DNA from: Myxococcota bacterium
Lineage (GTDB): Bacteria > Myxococcota_A > Polyangia > Polyangiales > Houyiibacteriaceae
Length of the DNA stretch: 64,000 bases
Assembly (NCBI GenBank): GCA_039030515.1
Contig: JBCCEA010000009.1
Span: 32,001-96,000 of the forward strand
Reading direction: 5' to 3'
Notes under the pieces: generated by a model
What the model saw: only the letters and a program-made list of their open reading frames with translations
Told to the model about the DNA's origin: nothing
The model's database searches: none
Shown: positions 57,583 through 64,000 of the stretch, in pieces
Layout of the letters: each line of letters opens with the position of its first letter
How positions within the stretch are numbered: position 1 is the stretch's first letter
Made by a program: the position numbers and the translations under genes

Positions 57583-58451
57583 CAACAACCGTACTCATCG
57601 CTGATCGCGACCCGTTTAATTTGCGCACGCTGGAGGAGCTTCTCGAGGGAGCGGGCTATCAGGTAGTCACAGCACCCGATGGCGGATCCGTATTGGATAG
57701 CGTGGCTCGGCAGCGCCCTACGTTGGCGATCTTAGACATCGACCTTCCAGTTCGAAACGGCACCGAGGTCATGCAAATCTTGAAGTCGGAGCAAGCTTTG
57801 GCGGACATCGCAGTCCTCATTGTCACCGACGAGGAGGACGAGTCCTCAAGGAGCAGAGCCATTGAAGGCGGGGCAGCGGACTGCATCACGAGACCGTATC
57901 GAATGGTGGACGTGCAGCAACGCGTTGCTGCGGCCTTGCGCATACGAGCCACCGAAACAGAACTTGCGCAAGTAAAGAAAAATTCTCAGGTCGACACGCT
58001 AACCCACGCCGGCAACTCGCATCAGTTCGCAGTCAGCCTCGATTACGAAATGACCCGCTCTGTTCGATTTAATCATCCACTGACTTGCGGTTTGGTGGAG
58101 GTGGTCAATTTAGAAGCGCTACGCAATCTCGGCGGAATCCATATCGAAGAACGTGCTCTCGTACAGCTTGGCACCGGGCTACGTTCATGCATTCGATCTA
58201 TCGACCTCTTCTTTCGCGCCGGCCAGTCCAAATTTGGGATTATTTTGCCCGAGACCCGAAATGAGGGTGCAAAGATCGTGATGGACAGAGTGCACGAGTT
58301 TGTCGCTGGCGGCAGAGCTGAAACCGTCGGCTCCGACCTCCGTCCGCGAATTCGAATGGCGTGCGCGAGCTATCCGGAAGATTCAATAGATACTGCCGTC
58401 GCACTCAGGAAACTTACCGAAGACAGACTGCAGGGAGCATCGACCGTGTGA
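57579..58451 (+). CDS. Response regulator with degenerate GGDEF domain
   Basis: REC (VLIADRD, ILDIDLP, ITRPY); DTLTHAGN, IRSIDLFFRAGQSKFGIILPET in place of RxGGDEF. Confidence 0.85.
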   Translation: MTTTVLIADRDPFNLRTLEELLEGAGYQVVTAPDGGSVLDSVARQRPTLAILDIDLPVRNGTEVMQILKSEQALADIAVLIVTDEEDESSRSRAIEGGAADCITRPYRMVDVQQRVAAALRIRATETELAQVKKNSQVDTLTHAGNSHQFAVSLDYEMTRSVRFNHPLTCGLVEVVNLEALRNLGGIHIEERALVQLGTGLRSCIRSIDLFFRAGQSKFGIILPETRNEGAKIVMDRVHEFVAGGRAETVGSDLRPRIRMACASYPEDSIDTAVALRKLTEDRLQGASTV

Positions 58452-58460
58452 AGCGCAGTC

Positions 58461-58937
58461 TCATCGGGAGGAAAGCACCAGAGCTAGAACTCTTGAACCC
58501 CAAACGGCTAGCGACGAAAAAACCAACATGAAGGCGATGCGATCGAATCTCAGGCGGTCCAGAGTTTCAATGACGGAGGACCTTCGAACTAGAGCAAGAA
58601 CAGAGACGCCCATGCCTGCAATCATCGTCAGAAAGAGCATCAAGCCGAAAGGATTGGCGCGAACAGCTCCGAGGAGTTGGCCTCGAACCATATGAGCAAA
58701 ACTGGTCGTCAGTCCGCAGCCGGGACACGGAATACCGGTGACTACGAGAACTCCGCAAGGTGGAAGGCCCAGCTGGGTGTGCGTTCCGTGTCCGGAAGAG
58801 CTGGGCTTGAGTGCGTAGGCGAGCGCAAGCACCACTAAACTCGCAATAAGATAGCCGGACCAGGCGATACTGGAGTGCGGAACAGCCCGCCTCGGGGCTG
58901 GATCGGGAAGCGTCACCTGGCGCAGGTTGAGCGGCAA
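58461..58937 (-). CDS. DUF2752-family membrane protein
   Basis: GTHTQLGLPPC...TGIPCPGCGLTTSF...ANPFG. Confidence 0.85.
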   Translation of the reverse strand: MPLNLRQVTLPDPAPRRAVPHSSIAWSGYLIASLVVLALAYALKPSSSGHGTHTQLGLPPCGVLVVTGIPCPGCGLTTSFAHMVRGQLLGAVRANPFGLMLFLTMIAGMGVSVLALVRRSSVIETLDRLRFDRIAFMLVFSSLAVWGSRVLALVLSSR

Positions 58938-58949
58938 AGGCCCAAAACG

Positions 58950-59531
58950 TCAAACGCCCTCATGGGCACCTCCAGCCGACCAGTCAGGATTTCGCATCGC
59001 CCCTTGATCTGACTGGATCACGCAAGGCCGGTCGCAAGATAGCGGCGCGACCCGATCCAGAACGGACTGACCGATAGGGTTTTCATTTCCGGACAGGGCA
59101 TCTGCACTGTGGGCATGGAGACATTTCACTCCACCTCGCGATCCTCCAACCCCACCGGTTGGGCGCGGCCCGTCATCTACTGCTCCTGAACCGACCAAAA
59201 CCTCGAGACGTCGCCTTCTTTGCTGTGCATATCGCTCGTGAACCTCTGCCATCCGATCGGCTAGCTCTGGGTTGCGGTCGAGCTGCTCGGTATACGATCG
59301 CACCCCGCCCTTTGCCTCAAGAGTAGACACCCGATGGACTCCCAGCGGACAGCTCAGCCAGTACAGCGTTGGAAAAGGCACTCCGCCCCGCAGCAAAGGC
59401 GGAACCTCGGTAACCATGGGCAAACCGAGAGAGCATCGGGCTTGCACGTTCACCTCCGCCCGGGGGGGACGACCGATCTGGGCGGCAACGGCTGCTGTAT
59501 CGGATACGTTTTTGAGAACGCAATATGACAA
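58950..59531 (-). CDS. DUF501-family protein
   Basis: QIGRPPR, PFPTLYWLSCP, VSTLEAKG, GVGG, VKCLHAH, NPIG. Confidence 0.88.
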   Translation of the reverse strand: MSYCVLKNVSDTAAVAAQIGRPPRAEVNVQARCSLGLPMVTEVPPLLRGGVPFPTLYWLSCPLGVHRVSTLEAKGGVRSYTEQLDRNPELADRMAEVHERYAQQRRRRLEVLVGSGAVDDGPRPTGGVGGSRGGVKCLHAHSADALSGNENPIGQSVLDRVAPLSCDRPCVIQSDQGAMRNPDWSAGGAHEGV

Positions 59532-59594
59532 CTATCGCACTCCTAGGAATAGTACTGCTGGGCGCGCGACCGAGTTTGGTCTACCATCGACCCA

Positions 59595-60554
59595 ATGGGA
59601 CGCGGCCCGTCGCCTCTGCTCGGGTATAACACCAACATTCGGCATAAAGGCAAGATCTACCATCTTCAAACAGAAGACTCTGGAGTAGGTCATCCTCATA
59701 TTATCACCCACCTTTTTGCCGACGGCGGGCGGGTCGTTGCGTCAAAGAAGACGAACTACTCGGAGTACGTGGGCACCGAGAACTATCAAAGCGTCGTCAA
59801 GCGTCTCATGCAAGACCAGCATAAGGCGATGTTCATCGCGTTGCGCGATGGGGTTTACGATGAGGAAGACGCGAGTGCTTCCGTCAGTCGCAGGTACGGG
59901 GTAAGTGACACCGAGAAATCTTCTGCATCGAGTCAGAGGCCCGAGGCTACTGCAGCTCGGCCACCTGGAACACATGCAAGAGGAAGCAAGGCTCCGCCGG
60001 AGACTCTTGAAGCGCATTCCGGCAGGCCGTCGGTCGATAAACCCAGTCGCCGTGACGTGAGCCAGCGTCCGCAACCGACCAGAGGACGAGATTCCTCTAC
60101 TGCACCGTCCTCACATCGGACCCATGAGCTCAGCCCGCCCTCAAAATCGTCTGAATCTCAAAGTTTTGAAACGGCCAAAACCCCAATACCTAAGAGGCCT
60201 CCCAAGCGTGCGTCGGAGGAAGTAAAGGGACGCAACCAATCTACACGTGTGTTTTCGGCCCCAAGTGCATGTTCGGGACTGGATCAACCTCCAGCGCTAC
60301 GTCGAACCTCGGCGTCGGGTGAGGCGGCGACAAGGACGATCGAAGATTCGCGGGGGGCAGGGGTAAACCCCCCTGCCGCTCAAGGAAATGTTGCCGGTCG
60401 GAGCGCTGCTGCAAGAGGCAACTCCGGGGTAGAGAACCCAACGAATCCGCATGATCCCAGCTCGATATTCGGTAGCCGGCTACGTGACGAGAAGAGCCTA
60501 GACGAGGTGATCTTGAGCTATCTCGCAGACGATCTTGGGGAACCTGAAGCCTAA
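59595..60554 (+). CDS. Hypothetical protein with folded N-terminal domain, long disordered linker and short acidic C-terminal helix
   Basis: GYNTNIRHKGKIYHLQTEDSG...HIITHLF...LMQDQHKAM; Ser/Pro/Arg-rich middle; EKSLDEVILSYLADD. Confidence 0.8.
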   Translation: MGRGPSPLLGYNTNIRHKGKIYHLQTEDSGVGHPHIITHLFADGGRVVASKKTNYSEYVGTENYQSVVKRLMQDQHKAMFIALRDGVYDEEDASASVSRRYGVSDTEKSSASSQRPEATAARPPGTHARGSKAPPETLEAHSGRPSVDKPSRRDVSQRPQPTRGRDSSTAPSSHRTHELSPPSKSSESQSFETAKTPIPKRPPKRASEEVKGRNQSTRVFSAPSACSGLDQPPALRRTSASGEAATRTIEDSRGAGVNPPAAQGNVAGRSAAARGNSGVENPTNPHDPSSIFGSRLRDEKSLDEVILSYLADDLGEPEA

Positions 60555-60731
60555 TCAGCTTTGAGCGCATCAACCCGCCTAGTGAAAACCGGGTACGTCC
60601 AGGATGAACGCCGAGCTGGGTCGATCTGTCGCAGAGATGGCTCCGGCGCGACCGCCTCGATGCAATTTGCGATTCGACTGGGCAATCTGCGTTTTGACGA
60701 CGCAAAACGGGCTATGCGTGTTCTGATGCGC

Positions 60732-61061
60732 TCAGTCTGTCAGGATTTCCGTTAGTTTCGTCGCGAGCATCGCGTTACCTGAGACCTTGATTTTACCAGC
60801 GAAGTAGAGCTGCATCGCTGAGGAGGGGTTGTCGCTCATGCCCTTCCAGTCGTCCGAAGACATTTCAATGGTGCAGTTGGCGTCTTCACCTTCTCCTTCT
60901 GAAACGCCAACACTGCCTTCTTTGAGCGAGACGGTCCACGTACCGCCGTCGTTGCCGGAGATTTTGAACAGAAAAACCGCATCTAGGTTGGCCGCCTTCT
61001 GGGGATCCTTTGCAATGCGCTCCGGGATATCTTTCGTGAAGGATGTTTGTGCGTCGGGCAT
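60732..61061 (-). CDS. SCP2 sterol/lipid-binding domain protein
   Basis: FLFKISGNDGGTW, ANCTIEMS, AMQLYFAGKIKVSGNAMLATKL; GAGGAG RBS. Confidence 0.9.
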   Translation of the reverse strand: MPDAQTSFTKDIPERIAKDPQKAANLDAVFLFKISGNDGGTWTVSLKEGSVGVSEGEGEDANCTIEMSSDDWKGMSDNPSSAMQLYFAGKIKVSGNAMLATKLTEILTD

Positions 61062-61348
61062 GTTTGGTACTCCTCGAGCTCTGTTCCGGCGGTCAGGATG
61101 TTCAGATCAAAGCGCCGCAAGAGGCCTTTCGCCTACCACCCATCTGCCTTCGGTGTCAAACGTCAACCCATTTTTCGGGCGAGGCGTTGCATCGCGCTTC
61201 AAACGACTTGAGCACTGCTGTCGCTTTGAACGCAGGATGCCGAGTCGTTCCTCATTGCAGGCTCCATCTAGGTACGATACCCAACGGAAAAGGCTCTCGA
61301 CGCACCGCGGCGGTGGCGCGGGTGCCGATACGGTCAAGGAGGCACAGG

Positions 61349-61606
61349 GTGTCGGTAAAAAACTATCTAGCGGAGCAGAGCATGAAGATGATGAAAGACG
61401 ATCGATTTGCAAGAGTAATGCAACATAAGCAGGTGGTGAGCATCGTCATGCGAGGAATCCAGCTGCAGGGGGAGGTGCGGCAAAAGATCGATACCCGACT
61501 GGACGGCGTCGCCAAAGCACTCAACTTCGCCACCAAAAAGGAGATTCGGGAGCTAAAACGGTGCATTGAGAAACTTGAAAAGCAACTCGATCATGCATCC
61601 GAGTAA
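61349..61606 (+). CDS. Small coiled-coil protein (phasin/granule-associated-like C-terminus)
   Basis: AAGGAGG RBS then GTG 61349; ALNFATKKEIRELKRCIEKLEKQL. Confidence 0.7.
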   Translation: MSVKNYLAEQSMKMMKDDRFARVMQHKQVVSIVMRGIQLQGEVRQKIDTRLDGVAKALNFATKKEIRELKRCIEKLEKQLDHASE

Positions 61607-61783
61607 TCCTTTATCTCTTGCGGAGCGCTGATTGGGTCTCTGCATGTTCAACCCGGGGTTGAACGCCATTTTTACGCAGGGTCAAGGATTGCAGCAGAGA
61701 TCTTGACGCGAAGGCTGACGCCAGTTCGGACGTTCGACGACAGCTTCCCTGACTCGGGAGGCGCGTGGTAGCGTAAGCTCAAA

Positions 61784-64000
61784 TTGACCAGCTCCCTCAC
61801 GACATCCCACCTCTCAACAGTGCGCTTTGGTCTCTTTGCCACGCTGTGCGTCACCGCCTTCGGCTGCGCCGATGTCGACTTCGTTGAGCAAGACTTGACT
61901 GGAATCGAGCTCCGAGTTTTTTACAGCGTGGAGAAGGGAGCTCCGCCCCTAAATCAGCTCTCGGTACGAAGCCGAACTACGGAACTCACCGAAACTCCGC
62001 GTCAGTTTGAAGGTCGCCGGATCCCCGAGCAGCCGACACCATTACTGGGAGATAGCAACACCTTTGTCTATCTTTTGCCCGATGAGCTGTCCGGGATCCC
62101 CCTCACCGTGGTGGTCGACGGCATTCGAAGCGACGTAGTGGTCTCTTCAGGCGTAGCCGTCATCACCCCGCAGGCACTTCGTCTTGTACCGGGGGAAGTC
62201 ACGCTCGGGCCGCCGTCCATCTGTGGGGACGGTACTCTTTCGGCCGGCATCGAAACATGTGACGACGGGAACACCTTTGCTGGTGATGGATGCTCTGACG
62301 TTTGCGTTCTCGAAGATGGCTATCTTTGCTCTGGGCAGCCCTCCACCTGCATCCGTCAGGTCGCTGCTTGCGTCAATGGACTGGACGACGACAACGACGG
62401 TCTCATCGATAGCGCCGATCCAGGCTGTGAACTGGGAAACGAGAAAAACGACGACTCCGAAAACGGCACCAACGAATGCGACAACGGAATCGACGACGAC
62501 AACGATGGCCGCATCGATTTTCAGGTAGGCAGCTTTGGAGATACGGCGTGCAGTCGAATCAGCGACAACAGCGAGCGCTCAGGCGTTGAATGCAACGACG
62601 GCGTCGACAACGATGGCGACGGCTTCACCGATTTCCAGATCGGTTCAAACCAAATTGGAGGTGGACGTGATCCTGGGTGCACCAGCTTCGAGGACACTTC
62701 GGAACGAAGTGACCTCGAGTGTGACAACGGATTTGATGATGACGGTGACGGGCTTATCGATGGGGAAGACCCCGGATGCGAGGCCCCCACAGATTTGAGG
62801 GAATCCTCTCAGAAGCCCTGCGACAACTCTGCCGACGACGATGGCGACGGGCTTATCGATAGGGAAGACCCCGGATGTGCCGCGAGCGCTACCGAACACG
62901 ATCCATCCTTGCCCTGTGACGACGGCATCGACAACGACGGCGATGGTTTTGAGGACTTCCATCGAGACCCTGCGTTGTCTGACCCGGGATGCAGCTCGGC
63001 TTCGGACCCGAGCGAAATCAGTACGTTCCACTGCGACGATGGGATCGACAATGATGGCGACGGCCTCATCGACCTCGCCGATCCGGGCTGTGACTCGGCA
63101 AGCGATCGCTCCGAGCGGACGAGCGCTGCTGGGTGTGACGACGGCATCGACAACGACGGCGATGGCCGCGTCGATTTTCGTACAGATGGACTCGGAGACC
63201 CCGGCTGTGCGAGCGAACTCGATGAGGATGAGCGGTGCCTGGAGCCGGGATGCTCTTTATCCTGCGACAATGGACTGGACGACGACGGGGATGGTCTGTC
63301 GGACTTCAGTCTCTTTGGAGGCGACACGGCATGCGTCAGCCCCGAAGACGATAGCGAAGGCGGCATGCCCGGGTGCAGCGACGGCATCGACAACGATGGC
63401 GACGGACTTATCGACAGCGGGCAGGATCCAGGATGCGTCTCGGGAACGGATCCGCTGGAAACCGGCACAAACGCCTGCGATGACGGGCTCGACAACGACG
63501 GCGACGGGCTCGTCGACGCCCGCACAGATGGACTGGGGGATCCGGGGTGTGAGGACGCGACTGACACCTCTGAGCGAGGCAGTGCAGCCTGCGACGACGG
63601 TGTCGACAACGACGGCGATGGAACAGTCGATGTCCGCTGGAATGGACTCGGCGACCTCGGTTGTAGTGACACCACCGACACCTCGGAACTCGGCGATTCG
63701 GCTTGTGACGACGGCATCGACAACGATGGTGACGGGCTCATCGACACCGGCCCCGACGGCGACCCTGGCTGTGGTTCGAGCGGAGACGACAGCGAGCGGT
63801 CTGGCGTAGAGTGCGACGACGGCATCGACAACGATGGCGACGGCCTCATCGACGCCGGTCCTGAAGGAGACCCCGGCTGCGACAACGCGACGGATGCATC
63901 GGAGTGGGGAAACGTAGCTTGCGACGATGGCTACGATAACGACCGAGATGGCTTTGCGGACTTCCGGGTAGGCCCTCGGTTCGAGGACGATCCAGATGCC
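61784..64000 (+). CDS. Large surface lipoprotein with a myxococcal Cys-rich (DUF4215-like) repeat and at least 15 Ca-binding-type C-x-[DN]-G-x-D-[ND]-D-G-D-G repeats; 3'-truncated
   Basis: Translated by hand from TTG 61784 (or GTG 61820): lipobox TAFGC; CGDGTLSAGIETCDDGNTFAGDGCSDVC; repeats such as CDDGIDNDGDGLID...DPGC to the window end with no stop. Confidence 0.9.
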   Translation, partial: MTSSLTTSHLSTVRFGLFATLCVTAFGCADVDFVEQDLTGIELRVFYSVEKGAPPLNQLSVRSRTTELTETPRQFEGRRIPEQPTPLLGDSNTFVYLLPDELSGIPLTVVVDGIRSDVVVSSGVAVITPQALRLVPGEVTLGPPSICGDGTLSAGIETCDDGNTFAGDGCSDVCVLEDGYLCSGQPSTCIRQVAACVNGLDDDNDGLIDSADPGCELGNEKNDDSENGTNECDNGIDDDNDGRIDFQVGSFGDTACSRISDNSERSGVECNDGVDNDGDGFTDFQIGSNQIGGGRDPGCTSFEDTSERSDLECDNGFDDDGDGLIDGEDPGCEAPTDLRESSQKPCDNSADDDGDGLIDREDPGCAASATEHDPSLPCDDGIDNDGDGFEDFHRDPALSDPGCSSASDPSEISTFHCDDGIDNDGDGLIDLADPGCDSASDRSERTSAAGCDDGIDNDGDGRVDFRTDGLGDPGCASELDEDERCLEPGCSLSCDNGLDDDGDGLSDFSLFGGDTACVSPEDDSEGGMPGCSDGIDNDGDGLIDSGQDPGCVSGTDPLETGTNACDDGLDNDGDGLVDARTDGLGDPGCEDATDTSERGSAACDDGVDNDGDGTVDVRWNGLGDLGCSDTTDTSELGDSACDDGIDNDGDGLIDTGPDGDPGCGSSGDDSERSGVECDDGIDNDGDGLIDAGPEGDPGCDNATDASEWGNVACDDGYDNDRDGFADFRVGPRFEDDPDA

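Noticed and set aside
62809..63885. Track ORFs 62809-63885 (-) and 62841-63809 (+)
   Set aside because: Shadow frames of the Asp/Gly/Cys repeat protein; their Ser/Pro- or Thr-rich repeats arise from its GAC/GGC codons.

Overview
A gene-dense, moderately GC-rich bacterial chromosomal window. Gene content (FHA-sigma54 activator, Ser/Thr kinase, giant TPR protein, bactofilin, PEGA/TPR, Cys-rich surface lipoproteins) points to a myxobacterium; this is inferred from family content only. It holds two separated, oppositely oriented parts of the F-type ATP synthase operon (atpF'-F-H-A-G at 3.9-8.3 kb, atpD-C at 32.5-34.4 kb), housekeeping genes (hom, prmA, rsmE, rnc, rsmB, tRNA-Pro-CGG), a sulfotransferase/ABC-exporter unit, a Spy/CpxP-like two-component module, a cell-surface adhesin-like cluster, and a large Ca-binding repeat lipoprotein that runs off the right edge and is missing from the ORF track. 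No transposase, integrase, CRISPR array or rRNA was seen. The most unusual signals are: (1) a 93-aa minimal sigma54 activator (GAFTGA loop fused directly to a Fis HTH, no ATPase core) behind a sigma54-type promoter and coupled to a degenerate REC-GGDEF gene; (2) an unbroken chain of start/stop-overlapping micro-ORFs, built from a 14-bp tandem repeat, linking prmA to rsmE; (3) a membrane-anchored, ATPase-dead, GAFTGA-less activator directly after atpG; (4) a dispersed ~120-bp palindromic repeat family at 16.2 and 44.2 kb. Family calls are from motif recognition by eye; no database searches were run.
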